Assembly: GCA_963833985.1 (NCBI GenBank)
Contig: CAWIAD010000002.1
Coordinates: forward strand, 4,544,001 to 4,608,000
Source of the DNA: an uncultured Planctomycetaceae bacterium
GTDB lineage: Bacteria > Planctomycetota > Planctomycetia > Isosphaerales > Isosphaeraceae
Reading direction: 5' to 3'
DNA length: 64,000 bases
How positions within the stretch are numbered: position 1 is the stretch's first letter; each line of letters begins with the position of its first letter. Shown here piece after piece: positions 20,452 through 31,260 of this stretch. The position numbers were made by a program, and so were the translations under genes. Under the pieces are notes generated by a model. That model searched no databases, had not been told where the DNA came from, and was given only the letters and a program-made list of their open reading frames with translations.

Positions 20452-23129
20452 ATGTCGATCGCGAGCCCGCCACCAGCGGACCAGCGCCGGGCCAGGCTCG
20501 CGGACATGGTCCTCGTCGTCCTCTTCCTCGCGCTCACGTTTCTACTGGGGATGTTCCTGGTCCGGGATGCCGATTTCTACTGGCACCTGCGAACCGGCGA
20601 CCTGATCCGCCAGACCGTTCAGATTCCCCGCACCGACATCTTCACCTTCACGGCAGAGCCTGAGCGCCCCTGGATCAATTTGCACTGGCTCTTCGAGGTG
20701 GCGATCAGCTGGGTCCACGAGAGGTCCGGCGTGGCCGGCGTGAACCTGGCCAAGTGCGGCGTCACCACGCTGGCCCTGCTGCTGCTGGTGACGGCGCGGC
20801 GGCCGGAATGGCCGATGTGGGCCATCTTGCTGGCATGGCTTCCCGCGCTTCTCGTGCTTTCAGGACGGATGTATGTGCGGCCCGAAACGCTCACGCTTTT
20901 GTACCTGTCCGTCTTCCTCGCGGTGCTGGTCCGGTGGGATCGTCACCCGCGCCTGACCTGGCTGCTGCCCGTCGTCCAGGTCTTCTGGGTGAACTCACAG
21001 GGGCTCTTCCTGCTGGGGCCCATTCTCCTGGCCTTTGCGCTCGGGGACGCCGCGCTATCGCCGGGGGCGTTTACTTCCGAGCGGCGGGCCTGGTGGGCCA
21101 CGATCGGCCCGCCGAGCGCGGCCGCCTGCGCCGCGTGCCTGGCGAACCCGTTCGGCGTCCGCGGGGTGGCCGTGCCACTGCACCTCTTGCAGGCCATGAG
21201 TGACCCCGTCTTCTCGACCTGGGTGGCCGAGCTGACGCCGATCCCGGAATTCATCCGCCGCACGGGATGGCTGAATCTGCGGCTCTGGCTCTACTTCGCC
21301 ACCATGCTGCTGGGGCTCTCCAGCTTCCTGTTCCCCCTGGCCTGGTCAGTGCGCTCCAGCCGGCAGGGGCCGATGCCGCCCGAGGAACGCTGGCGGCTGA
21401 GTCCGTTTCGCCTGCTGCTGTTCGTCGCGTTCTCCGCGCTCAGCTTCAGAGCCACGCGGAACAGCCACCAGTTCGCGGCCGTGGTGGGCGCGGTGACGGC
21501 ATGGAACTTCGGCGAGTGGGCCGCGGCCGCGGCAGGCCGTCGAGCCGCCACGGGCGAATCGTCCGCGTCCTCCCCTGGAACGGTCTGGGCGCCCCGACTG
21601 CTCGCCGGCGCCGCGATCGTATCCCTACTGTTCTGGGTTGGCTCCGGCTGGTTCTTTGAGGCGACACGCGAGGATCGGCGGTTCGGGCTGGGGGAGGACC
21701 CCCTCTACTATCCGCATGAGGCCATCCGCTTTTGCGGGGGCCAGGCGATGACCGAGCGCTTCCTCGGCTTTCCGGTCGCCGAGGCCGCGCTCTACGAGTA
21801 CCACAATGGACCGCAGCGCAAGGTCTTCACGGACCCGCGCGCAACGCGCAGAGCCTCGGCAAGTTCGTGCGGCTCTATCAGGGCATCGGGGCGGACGAGC
21901 CAGGCTGGGAGGCCGCGCTGGACGCGATGGGGCGTCCAGTCGTCATGGCCGACCACGCGAACGCCGCGCACCTGGGCGCCGTGCTGCTCCGCCAGGGCAA
22001 CTGGCGGTGCGTCTGGTTCGACCCGGTCACGGCGGTCGTCGTGCACCAGCAATCCGTGCCGGCCGCGCGGGTTCCGGCGGTGGACTTTGCCGAGCGGCAT
22101 TTCGCGCCTCATGGGCCGGCCGGACCGCGCGACGTCCGCACCCTGCTGGCGTCGGCCAGGGCGGTTTGCAATTACCTCGGTGCCATCCCTCCCGATCGCC
22201 TGTACCTGGTGCGGCCGCTTGCCTGGGCCGGTCTGGATGACGCTCGCCAGGCCACGGTTCTCGATCCCGGGTCGAGCGAGGCCTGGCAGTGCCTGGGGCA
22301 GATCGAACTGCTGCGCAGTCCCTTGCCCGCGCGTGCTCCGCGCTACAACCTGCCCTTCGATCCGACCGTCGATCTGCCCCTGGTCCGTGCCTCCTGCGCC
22401 CTGCGCCGCGCGCTCGATCGAGCGCCCGAGGACTTCACAACCCTCATGCTGCTTGACCAGGTGTACGAGACGCGGCAGATGTATGAGGCCGCGCTTCCCC
22501 TCCTGGAGCGAATGACGGGCGTTCGAGCGTTCAATCAGAACCAGGCCAGGCTGCAAACGCTGGCAGCCGGCGCGGCGCTCGGATTCCGTCGCATGCTGGG
22601 TCCGCCACCGCCGGAGCACTGGCGCAGCCCCGAGGAGCTGGAACAGGTGATCGCGGTTCTCCTGCGTCTCGGGCGGGCCGAGAGCGCCGCCGTGCTCATC
22701 GAGCGGGGCCATTCCCCGGCGCATGCGCGCTGGGAATGCGTCGATCGGGTCGCGACCCTGTGGCTGCACCTGGGTGACCCGGCCCGCGCCCGGTCGCTCT
22801 GGGAACAGGCCGGCACGGTGCCCGACCGGGCCCTGCTCGCCGCGAGGATCGGCGCGACGTACCTCGCCGAGGCCGATCTCGTGCAGGCTCGGCAGGCCTA
22901 CCAGCGCGCGATCGCCCGCAACCCCAGGCTCTTCGAGGCCCAGTACGCCCTCGCCGTGCTGGAAGCCGACGCCGGCCACGCGACGGCGGCCTACCAGTGC
23001 GGCCTGATCGCCGTCGCGACCGCGGCGGATGCAAGATCCAGAGCCGCGGCGCAGGAAATCGTGCAGGAGGTCCAGCGCTCCGCCCAGCCAGCGGCAGGCG
23101 AAAGCCATCCAGAGATCGCGACGCGATGA
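20452..23129 (+). CDS. Polytopic membrane protein (GT-C glycosyltransferase-like) with C-terminal TPR-like repeats (frameshift at ~21840)
   Basis: DADFYWHLRTG, WINLHWLFE, YVRPE, FWVNSQGLF, many TM segments, VFTDPR. Continues in ORF 21732..23129 with AYQRAIARNP. Confidence 0.75.
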
Positions 23130-23241
23130 ATGAGCGTCAGCAATCAACCGTGTGATTCCAAACAACTCAGGTACGAACGGCAAGCCCGCATGACGATTGC
23201 ATGTTCCGCTGTCGCGTCCATGGATCGGCTCGACGCCTGCC

Positions 23242-24108
23242 TCACCAGGAGAGCGTTTCGGGGAAGAACTCGGCGATCAGCTCGCGGTAATAGGGCTCGA
23301 GGGCAGCGACATCGGGCGGCTGGTGGCCCTTCGAGTAAAGATCGTAGGGGTTGAACTTGCGGACCCACTCCATCTCCCGGCGGTCGCGGTCATTCATCAG
23401 GCAGGTGTACTCTCCCTCGCGGTGGGCGGGGTAGAAGGAGTGGTAGCGGATCATGGCCAGCGCCTCGTCGGGCAGGTAATTCTTGACCACGTGGTACAGA
23501 TATTCATCGTGGCCCCACGAGAGGTCCACCTTGTCGAGACCGCAGCCCGGCTCATAGATACCGTTCTCGGACTGGTAGGCGGGCACGGAGGAATCGGGAT
23601 TGTCGCGAAAGAACTCGTGGAAGACGATCTTTTCCGAGTAACGGCAGCCAACCGGGAAGGTATCGCCCACAACGGCCCACTGCGGCTCGCCCCAGAGGCA
23701 GAGGATCTTGCCGAGGTCGTGGATCAGCCCCGTAAGGATGAACCAGCGGGGATGGCCATCGGCACGAATCGCCTCGGCCGCCTGCATCAGATGTTCGATC
23801 TGTGTCAGTTCGGTATCCGGATCGCTGTCGTCGACCAGGGTGTTGAGATACTCCATGGCGTCCCAGATTCCCATCCTGCGGCGCGACAGGGAGAGGAACT
23901 CGCGCTTCTTGGCCCGCACGAAATCCACCGTCTGGGAGGTGTGGTTGAGATAGTAGAACTCGCGCACGCCGGGGCGGACGCTGTCGCCATAGTCGCGAAA
24001 CGCCGCTCCTTCGCCGGGCGCCGGGTAGCGCTCGACCAGGAACGACTCCCAATCGTCAAGGTGTTCCAGCGGTTCAGGTTGGGACGGGCCGGATGAGTTC
24101 GCTGCCAT
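23242..24108 (-). CDS. miox: myo-inositol oxygenase family (HD-domain di-iron enzyme)
   Basis: [56 protein letters not shown]. Confidence 0.93.
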   Translation of the reverse strand: MAANSSGPSQPEPLEHLDDWESFLVERYPAPGEGAAFRDYGDSVRPGVREFYYLNHTSQTVDFVRAKKREFLSLSRRRMGIWDAMEYLNTLVDDSDPDTELTQIEHLMQAAEAIRADGHPRWFILTGLIHDLGKILCLWGEPQWAVVGDTFPVGCRYSEKIVFHEFFRDNPDSSVPAYQSENGIYEPGCGLDKVDLSWGHDEYLYHVVKNYLPDEALAMIRYHSFYPAHREGEYTCLMNDRDRREMEWVRKFNPYDLYSKGHQPPDVAALEPYYRELIAEFFPETLSW

Positions 24109-24431
24109 GTCGGTTCCCCTGTGTGGGACGGGAGCAGAGTGGGCGTTGCGAGTGGCGTCGCCTCATTTTAATGTTCCGCACGGCCGATGAGAACGGATGA
24201 CGAGATCATCGCGCCGGGGCCTGGCAAGAGAAATTGTCGCTCGATTCCGGAAATTCCTCACAGCCCGAGACACGGACGAACGATAACTAGACCACATGGA
24301 CTGGTCGCGATGAAGAAAACGAGACGCCGGAACGATCGGTCCTGATCCAGGTCACAACGGTCCCGGCGCCGGCCGGAGGGCAGGAGAGGCTCCCGGCGCG
24401 TTCGCGCAAGTCCCAAGGAGGGGGAAAGACC

Positions 24432-25043
24432 ATGTTCCAATCCGCGCGGCACCGGAGCCCGATGACCCCGCGCTGGGTTCGCGGCCTGCTGACGAGTGCC
24501 TTTCTGGCCGTGATGACGACGACGCATTCTGGCTGCGGACTCGATTATGTGTACCGCAACATGTCGCCCCTCCGTCCCACGGGGTGGTCGTTCGCCTGGC
24601 CTGTCTTGCCGTCACAGCAACAGCGCCTCGAAGAAGATATCAAGCGTGAGCAGCGGGACCGCGTGCCCATTCTGGATCCGATTCCCGCCGACGGTCTCGG
24701 CGCGGCCTGCCTTGACCCGCCCAGCGAGGAAGAGGTCTGGAACAAGGTGCCCAAGTTCAAGAACGGCGCTTATTTCTTTTATGAGACGCAACGCAATAAC
24801 GTCCGCATCCTGATCGAGAAGATCGGCGAGAAGATCGACCCGTGCAAGATCTACCCGCTGGCCGGCCCCTGCCAGCTCGTGCACTGCCATTACAAGTGCA
24901 CCGTCTACTTTGACGAGCTGTACTGGTCGGACTACCCCATTCCCTTCAACCACGTGGATCACCGGGTTGAGGTGGTCTACATTGACAAGGATCACCTGCG
25001 ACGCTGCGGCGGACCCGCACAGGCCATCACGCCCCCGCTCTGA
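24432..25043 (+). CDS. Planctomycete-type lipoprotein of unknown function
   Basis: Lipobox-like HSG-C; DPPSEEEV...YPLAGPCQLVHCHYKCTVYF...EVVYIDKDHL. AAGGAGG RBS. Confidence 0.8.
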   Translation: MFQSARHRSPMTPRWVRGLLTSAFLAVMTTTHSGCGLDYVYRNMSPLRPTGWSFAWPVLPSQQQRLEEDIKREQRDRVPILDPIPADGLGAACLDPPSEEEVWNKVPKFKNGAYFFYETQRNNVRILIEKIGEKIDPCKIYPLAGPCQLVHCHYKCTVYFDELYWSDYPIPFNHVDHRVEVVYIDKDHLRRCGGPAQAITPPL

Positions 25044-25140
25044 GCCGCAACGGTCGGAAGCGGGAGGCGGCAGCAGCATGAGCCGGCGGCTCGCACGTGG
25101 GTGCGGCCCGCCGGCTCATGGCCGTTTCCGCGGGGTCAGC

Positions 25141-26100
25141 TCAGCGGCGCCCGGCGGTCTGCTTGAAGAACGGGAAGATGGCCAGCAGCTCCTGGCTCGA
25201 AGGCTGTGTGCCGTATTCGCAGACCTCGAAGGCCTCCGCGCACTTCACGGCCGAGCCCGCTTCCTGGCCCAGCTCAGCGATGAGCTCGGCCCGGAACCGC
25301 TGGGCCAGGCTCCCGGATCGCTCCTCGGCTCGTTTCCGCGTCCAGGCCAGCCGCTCCTCCTTGCCCTGTGGCACCTCGTTCAGGTAACCGAAGAGCCATG
25401 GGTTCCACTCATAAAACTGCGACTCCAGCGCGTCGATGCAGGCGACCTTCTGATCCATCACCGGGTCGATCGGCACGACGGCGTCGGGCTGGAATGGGTT
25501 GGGCTTCTTGAAGCCGTCGGAGCAGTACAGGAACACGGGGTTCTTGCACAGCGCCGGGACGTCCGGGCAGAAGCTAGGCACGATCACCATGAACGCCGCG
25601 TCCTGGACGAGGATCGCCGTGTAGCGATGGTCGGGATGGTAATCGTTGGGCCGGGGCGAGATGACCACGTCGGCCTGCCACTCGCGGATCTTGCGGGTGA
25701 TCGTGCGGCGGTTCTCCAGGGTCGGCATCAGCTCGCCGTCGTGGATATCGAGGACTTCGGTATCAATCCCCAGGATCTCGGCGCAGCGCTTCACCTCGGC
25801 GGTCCGGCGGCGGGCCAGGACGGCCCCGGCCATCTGGTGATGTCCGATATCGCCATTGGTCACGCTCACGAACTTCACCTTGAAGCCCAGCTTGACCCAC
25901 CGCGCCGCGGTCCCTCCGGAGGAGATCTCGCAGTCGTCGGGATGGGCCCCGAAGACGATGACGCGAAGCGGCTTTCCGCCGTCCTGAACGATTTCCGCAC
26001 CCGGGGCCGCGGAACAGGCCAATCCATGCGCCATACTGAGAGAGAGCAAGCAAACCCCGGCGCTGAGCCAGGCGGTCTTGCTACCGTGTCCGTGCCGCAT
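25141..26100 (-). CDS. Secreted PIG-L/LmbE-family deacetylase
   Basis: FGAHPDDCE, SVTNGD, DYHPDH, plus an N-terminal signal peptide. Confidence 0.9.
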   Translation of the reverse strand: MRHGHGSKTAWLSAGVCLLSLSMAHGLACSAAPGAEIVQDGGKPLRVIVFGAHPDDCEISSGGTAARWVKLGFKVKFVSVTNGDIGHHQMAGAVLARRRTAEVKRCAEILGIDTEVLDIHDGELMPTLENRRTITRKIREWQADVVISPRPNDYHPDHRYTAILVQDAAFMVIVPSFCPDVPALCKNPVFLYCSDGFKKPNPFQPDAVVPIDPVMDQKVACIDALESQFYEWNPWLFGYLNEVPQGKEERLAWTRKRAEERSGSLAQRFRAELIAELGQEAGSAVKCAEAFEVCEYGTQPSSQELLAIFPFFKQTAGRR

Positions 26101-26277
26101 CGACGAGACTCCTGCAAGTGAGCGAATATGGACCAGGACGCGCAAAAGGGATCGCCCGGCCAGCATGCCGGCGGGTTGTCGATCTCGATGTCCAGCGTAA
26201 CATGCCGCAACGTGCCGTCACGGGTGCACTGCCACGGTGCTTGCCGCGGGGGAAATCACCCCCGTAGAATCGAGATC

Positions 26278-28179
26278 ATGAAAAGCCAGCGCAAGTCAAT
26301 TTCGGGCGCGGTCGCCGGCGTGCTGGTCCTTGCCGCCCTGGTGGGCAGGGGCCAGGCGGGAACCTACGCGGAGGCCACCCCCGGCCGAGGCGGAGACGAT
26401 CGCTCCGCGGTCGTTCTGCTGGATCGCGCCGGACAGCCGCGGATCGAGGGAACCCTGCTCCTGGAGCCCGGCGGCCGGCTGAAGCTGGTGCCTCGAGACG
26501 GCCGGCTGAGCGGTCCGACGACCCTGGAGCCTGGAGCGATCGTGAGCTTGCCGGCCAGCGCCCCCCAGGTGACCGCCATCCCCCCCCTGTTCCGCGTCCA
26601 GGTGGGCGAGACCGCGCGGATTTCGGGGATGCTTCGTGCCGTCACCGACAAGGCCGTGCTGCTCAGCGTTCCCTGGCAAGCCGCGGATGTCGCGGTGACA
26701 CGACCCGGCGTCCAGGCCGTGCTCCAGCGCCCTGGCGAGGCACGGCTGTTCGCCGATCGGTTCGATCGACTCGAGCCGGCGCGCTGGAGCGTACGGGGCA
26801 AGCCCCAGCCTGCGGAGTCATTGGCTCCGGCGCACGCGGGCAAGGGCCTGCGGCTGCCCGCGGGCGAGGCCTCCCTGGAGCACCGGCTCGCCGAGCCCGT
26901 GGGCTCCGGACGCGTCGAGCTTGCGTTCCTGGATGAAGGCCGGACGGCCGCGGGCCAGCGCTGGACTTTCGAGCTGACTTTTCGGGGCCCGGCCGGACCG
27001 GCCACTCTCTGTGTCTTGCTGGGCTGGGCGGAGGAAAGCCTGGCTGTGGAGTGTCCGTCGGGACCGACGCTCGCGGTGCAAAGGCTGGCGCACTCCGCCG
27101 GCTGGCACAGGCTGTCGCTCCGCTTCGGACCGGAGCATACCGAGATCGCCGTCGACGGGAAGGAGTTGGCGCACGGCCGCGCCCCTGCCGGCCCGCTCGA
27201 CTCCGTGAAGATCGCCACGGGGAAAGCCGGCGCGAACCCTACGCCTCCGTCCGCCGACCTCGCAGGGTACCTCGGCGAGATCCAGATCATCCGCTTCGCG
27301 GAGCCGCCGACCAGCCTGGAAGTCGACCCTTCTCAGGATGAAGTGCGGCTGGTGGTTGGCGACCAGCTTTACGGACAGGTCCACCAGGCCGATCACGACC
27401 GGGTGACCATCGACATCGAGGAGAAGTCGGTGGCGCTGGACTGGAGCGAGGTCGCGGGCATCCACTTTCGCCGCGTGCCCGCAACGTCGCCCATCGTCGC
27501 GGGCGCCCTCGCCCGGCTGGAATGGCACGCCGTCCCCGGAGAGCCCCGGGACGGCCGCGACCTTGACTTCGCCGAGGGCGCCGTCACCGCCATCTCCGAC
27601 ACGGCCATCACCCTTGCCACGCCCTACGCAGGCACCCTGGTCATTCCGCGCGACCGGCTCGTCCGGCTGCGCGTGCTCGATCGGGGCTGGCTGCGGGTCA
27701 TCGACTCCGCCGCGCATCACCTGGGAGACAACATCTCGACCACCCCACCGTTGCTCGACCCCCCGTTGCCGGAAGGCGGCGTCCTCGAGCGCACCTTCGT
27801 GCTGGATGAGGCCCGTCCCGGCAACCAGGCCTTCGTGGTCCTGGACGTGGTGCAGGTGGTGGGCGAGAGCTCGGGACTGCCGTACTCGAACCTGGTCCAG
27901 AAAGGGGAACTGCGCACCTACGTGGCCGTCAACGGCCGGAGAATCGACTACCTCAACCGGTACATCAATACCTCCAACGAGACGCCCGAGCGGATCCGCA
28001 TTCCGATCCCCCGCGACCTTCTCAAGACCGGCAAGAACCTGCTGAGGATTGAACAGACCGGTATCGCCAGCGACCCGACATGGTTCGACGACCTCGGCAT
28101 CCTCCAGGTGGCCATCCAGTTCTCGAACCCCGAGACCACAGCGCCGGACGGGCCGGCCGGATCAGGGGCCAAACCGTGA
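26278..28179 (+). CDS. Secreted beta-rich hypothetical protein (lectin/ConA-like modules possible)
   Basis: Signal peptide MKSQRKSISGAVAGVLVLAALVGRGQA; GWHRLSLRFG...IAVDG; VNG...LLKTGKNLLRIE. Long open frame. Confidence 0.7.
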   Translation: MKSQRKSISGAVAGVLVLAALVGRGQAGTYAEATPGRGGDDRSAVVLLDRAGQPRIEGTLLLEPGGRLKLVPRDGRLSGPTTLEPGAIVSLPASAPQVTAIPPLFRVQVGETARISGMLRAVTDKAVLLSVPWQAADVAVTRPGVQAVLQRPGEARLFADRFDRLEPARWSVRGKPQPAESLAPAHAGKGLRLPAGEASLEHRLAEPVGSGRVELAFLDEGRTAAGQRWTFELTFRGPAGPATLCVLLGWAEESLAVECPSGPTLAVQRLAHSAGWHRLSLRFGPEHTEIAVDGKELAHGRAPAGPLDSVKIATGKAGANPTPPSADLAGYLGEIQIIRFAEPPTSLEVDPSQDEVRLVVGDQLYGQVHQADHDRVTIDIEEKSVALDWSEVAGIHFRRVPATSPIVAGALARLEWHAVPGEPRDGRDLDFAEGAVTAISDTAITLATPYAGTLVIPRDRLVRLRVLDRGWLRVIDSAAHHLGDNISTTPPLLDPPLPEGGVLERTFVLDEARPGNQAFVVLDVVQVVGESSGLPYSNLVQKGELRTYVAVNGRRIDYLNRYINTSNETPERIRIPIPRDLLKTGKNLLRIEQTGIASDPTWFDDLGILQVAIQFSNPETTAPDGPAGSGAKP

Positions 28180-28189
28180 CGGTTACGGC

Positions 28190-29089
28190 ATGAAGACATT
28201 GACCCGCAGCCTGGTCCGCCATGCCCACGCCATCGCCCGCGAGGTCGATGCCCGCGTGATTCTGCTGCACGCCGACGTCATCGAGGAAGATGCCGATCTG
28301 TCGTCGCTCATCGAGGATGTCAACTTCCGGATCATTCTGGTCTCGCACCGGCCCGGATTTCTGCCGCCCGTGGAACGCAAGGATATCTGCTCGGTGGTCC
28401 ATGTCCCCGACATCGCCATGACCCGCGCCGGCCTGGTGAAGGTGGCCACGCTGGTGGCCGCGGCCGAGAGCCTGGTGAAGGCCGGCGACCGCATCCTCTG
28501 CCTGACGGGAATTGACGGCTCGGGCTCGATCGATACCATCATGGTCCTGGACATGGGCACGGAGATTGAGCTCTTCTCTGCCTCCGCGGCCGATCCGCTG
28601 CCCAGGGACGTGACCTCGGCGGTCTTCGAGCGAATCCTCACGCTCGCCAGCGAGCTGGGCGTCGAGGGCCGGGAAGGCCGGACGGTCGGTACCCTGTTCG
28701 TGGTGGGCGACAGCGACCGGGTGCTGACTCAGAGCCATCAGCTCGTCTTCAACCCGTTCCACGGCTATCCCGAGACCGACCGCAACATCCTGGACCACCG
28801 CCTGGAAGAAACGATCAAGGAATTCTCGGCGATTGACGGCGCTTTCGTGGTGCGCGGCGACGGCGTGGTGCTGGCGGCCGGGCGGTTCATCGCCCCGCGC
28901 AGCCGGCTGGAGGAGCCGCTTCCTCAGGGCCTGGGCACGCGGCATGAGGCGGCCGCGTCAATCACCGTGACCACCGATTCCATCGCCGTCTGCGTGTCTC
29001 AATCCACCGGGACTGTCTCCATCTTCAAGGGCGGCCGGATGATCCTCGACATCCAGAAGCCCCGCAGCCGCGGTGGTGACGGTCTCTGA
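28190..29089 (+). CDS. dacZ: Diadenylate cyclase (DisA_N/DAC domain) with an N-terminal PK_C-like domain, DacZ/CdaZ type
   Basis: EGREGRTVGTLFVVGD, KEFSAIDGAFVV, GLGTRHEAAASIT, VSQSTG; the N-terminal half contains LVKAGDRILCLTG. Confidence 0.85.
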   Translation: MKTLTRSLVRHAHAIAREVDARVILLHADVIEEDADLSSLIEDVNFRIILVSHRPGFLPPVERKDICSVVHVPDIAMTRAGLVKVATLVAAAESLVKAGDRILCLTGIDGSGSIDTIMVLDMGTEIELFSASAADPLPRDVTSAVFERILTLASELGVEGREGRTVGTLFVVGDSDRVLTQSHQLVFNPFHGYPETDRNILDHRLEETIKEFSAIDGAFVVRGDGVVLAAGRFIAPRSRLEEPLPQGLGTRHEAAASITVTTDSIAVCVSQSTGTVSIFKGGRMILDIQKPRSRGGDGL

Positions 29090-29154
29090 AGCCGGCCCCG
29101 CAGGTGCGTTCGCCCCCGAAAGGACCGTCGTGAAGCCATGTCCGGTGGCTCAGC

Positions 29155-29171
29155 GCGTTGCGGCGCAACGC
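29155..29171. terminator. Perfect hairpin between convergent genes
   Basis: GCGTTGC-GGC-GCAACGC, with no T-tract. Confidence 0.3.
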
Positions 29172-29182
29172 AATCCGCCGTC

Positions 29183-30811
29183 TCACTTCCCCTTGTTGAT
29201 CTGGTCGTAATAGGCGCGGATGTGCTTCTCGACGTTCTTGGGGATCTTCTGGTTCGAGAGTGCGTCGGCGGCTGAAGCGGTCGCGGCCTGCATCTCGCCC
29301 TGGATGTCGATGACGCTCTGGCCCTTGACGGTCTTGCTCGGCTGGGTGAACCCCTGGAGCACGGCCTTCCCCTTGCGGATCTGTTGCTGGACCTTGGTGG
29401 AATAAGTTGCGGTCTGGTCGGGGGCCTCGGGCCGGTCGCCCTGGCCGCGTCCGCGGCCGAGCCCGTTGCCCATACCCGGGCGCATGCCTTCCATGCCGCC
29501 CATGCCGTTCATCACGTCGCCAAGCTGGTTCATGCCGTCCTCGTTCATGCCGTTCTTGCAATCCATGACATTCGCCATGGCACTATCGAGGGCTTCCATC
29601 TCTTCCATCTGCTTGGCCATCTGGGCCAGTTGCTGCTGCGTCATCCCCAGGGATTCGGCGGCTTGCTTGGTGTCGCCGCGCTTGAGCGCCTCCTGGGCCT
29701 GGCCCAGCTTGCCGGCCAGCTGCTCCAGTTGCTTGAGGCTCTTGGCCTGCTGTTTCAGCTTGTCCATCTCGCGTTCGTATTGCTCCTTGCTCAGGCCGCC
29801 GTTCTTGAGCGCCTGGTCGAGCTGCTTCTTCCGTTCCTCCATGTTGGCGGCTTGCTGAAGTTTCTTGGTCATCTCGGCAAGCTGCTGTTCGAGGGCCTTC
29901 TTGTCGGCCTGGGTCATCTCCCCCTTCTCGAGCTTCTGCTGGAGCTCCTTGAGCTGCTCGGCGGCTTTCTTGAAGTCGCCCTTGGCGAGTTCCTTGGAGA
30001 ACTGGTCGGCCGGGCCGTTCTGGCCCATCTCCTTGAGCTGCTGGAGCTGGCGATTGACCTGGTCGGGAGAGCCGAGCTGCTTCTTCCGCTCCGCGAGGGC
30101 GTCGGTCAGCTTGTTCATCTCCACCAGGAGCCGGTCCTTCTGGGCTGGCGGCGCCTTGGCCAGGTCCTCGGCCTTCTTCTCAATCTGGGCCAGCAGCTTC
30201 TCGGCCTCGGGAAACTTGTCCTTATCGATCGTCTGCCGCTGGCTGGAAATCTTCTTGGCCAGCGACTCGGTCTTTCTGGCCAGGGCCCTGGCATCGACCT
30301 TGGTTTCGGTCTTCGCCTGGACGGTGCGCTCGATCCAGGCGGGAACGAAGAGCATGGACACCGCCAGGCCGGCGGGTATCAGCACGACCCAGGCGCGGCG
30401 GGGGAGCCGGGGGCCGAACGCGGAGGTCACGTCCAGGTCGGCCAGCTTCTTGCGGGCATCGGCCACCAGGGCATGCCCGGCGGCACTCTCACGCAGCTCG
30501 CCCGGCAAAGTGAGCGCCGTGCTCACTCGCTCACTGAGCCTGAAGGCGTGATCGATGGCCACGGCGGCGTCGAGCCGGCTTGGCCCGCTGAGGACGGCAA
30601 CGAGGGCCGCGGTCAGCATGGCAAGGCCTCCGGCCACGGCGAACGGTGCCCACTCGGGTCCCGGCAGGGGCCGGTTCAGCGCCTTGCTTGCCGCCAGAAC
30701 CCCGGCGACCAGCAAGAGCCCGATCGCCAGCGTCCACACGAAGTTGGTCACGAACCGCTGTAGCCTCAGCCGCCGAAACACCCGGCCCACCGGTTTCTCC
30801 AGCTCGCTCAT
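29183..30811 (-). CDS. Membrane-anchored long coiled-coil protein
   Basis: Three N-terminal TM segments, AAVAIDHAFRLSERVSTAL, Q/K/E-rich heptads, a G/M-rich linker and C-terminal IPKNVEKHIRAYY. Confidence 0.8.
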   Translation of the reverse strand: MSELEKPVGRVFRRLRLQRFVTNFVWTLAIGLLLVAGVLAASKALNRPLPGPEWAPFAVAGGLAMLTAALVAVLSGPSRLDAAVAIDHAFRLSERVSTALTLPGELRESAAGHALVADARKKLADLDVTSAFGPRLPRRAWVVLIPAGLAVSMLFVPAWIERTVQAKTETKVDARALARKTESLAKKISSQRQTIDKDKFPEAEKLLAQIEKKAEDLAKAPPAQKDRLLVEMNKLTDALAERKKQLGSPDQVNRQLQQLKEMGQNGPADQFSKELAKGDFKKAAEQLKELQQKLEKGEMTQADKKALEQQLAEMTKKLQQAANMEERKKQLDQALKNGGLSKEQYEREMDKLKQQAKSLKQLEQLAGKLGQAQEALKRGDTKQAAESLGMTQQQLAQMAKQMEEMEALDSAMANVMDCKNGMNEDGMNQLGDVMNGMGGMEGMRPGMGNGLGRGRGQGDRPEAPDQTATYSTKVQQQIRKGKAVLQGFTQPSKTVKGQSVIDIQGEMQAATASAADALSNQKIPKNVEKHIRAYYDQINKGK

Positions 30812-30970
30812 CGTGCGTCTCCCCGCGACCGTGGTTTCTGAAGTGGAACCGAGCGACCTGCTCTGACGAACGTCATATGCTGAGTCTAATGCGCGCGCCG
30901 CAGGATTGCAAGGCGTGTCGATGCGCACGGTTCTCCTGAATGCCACGAATCCTGGCGGGAAAGGTCGGAC

Positions 30971-31199
30971 TCAGGAGAGATGCCTGTGGCCGTTGATGAC
31001 CCTGAAGTTCTTGACGTCAATGACCGGCTCCGGCTGCACCTGGGACCGGGCCGGCGCGGCCAATCTGGCGCTGCTCGGCGATGGCGTCTGCCACTCGCTC
31101 GATCCGCGCGGCGACTCGTTCGCCCACGGCGCAGTAGGCTTCCTCGATGCACTGGCCGGCGGCACGGAGCGCGGACCTGATCGATTGGCATATCTTCAT
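30971..31199 (-). CDS. Small hypothetical protein, possibly frameshifted at ~31060
   Basis: GGAG RBS then ATG MKICQSIRSALRAAGQCIEEAYCAVGERV.... It ends at 31017 as given, or at 30971 (...PVIDVKNFRVINGHRHLS) if one indel is assumed. Confidence 0.4.
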
Positions 31200-31260
31200 A
31201 AAGGCGATCTCCCGCAACAAGGGTGCGAATCCAGGATCAGCCGGCAAGGTTTCAAAGTTC

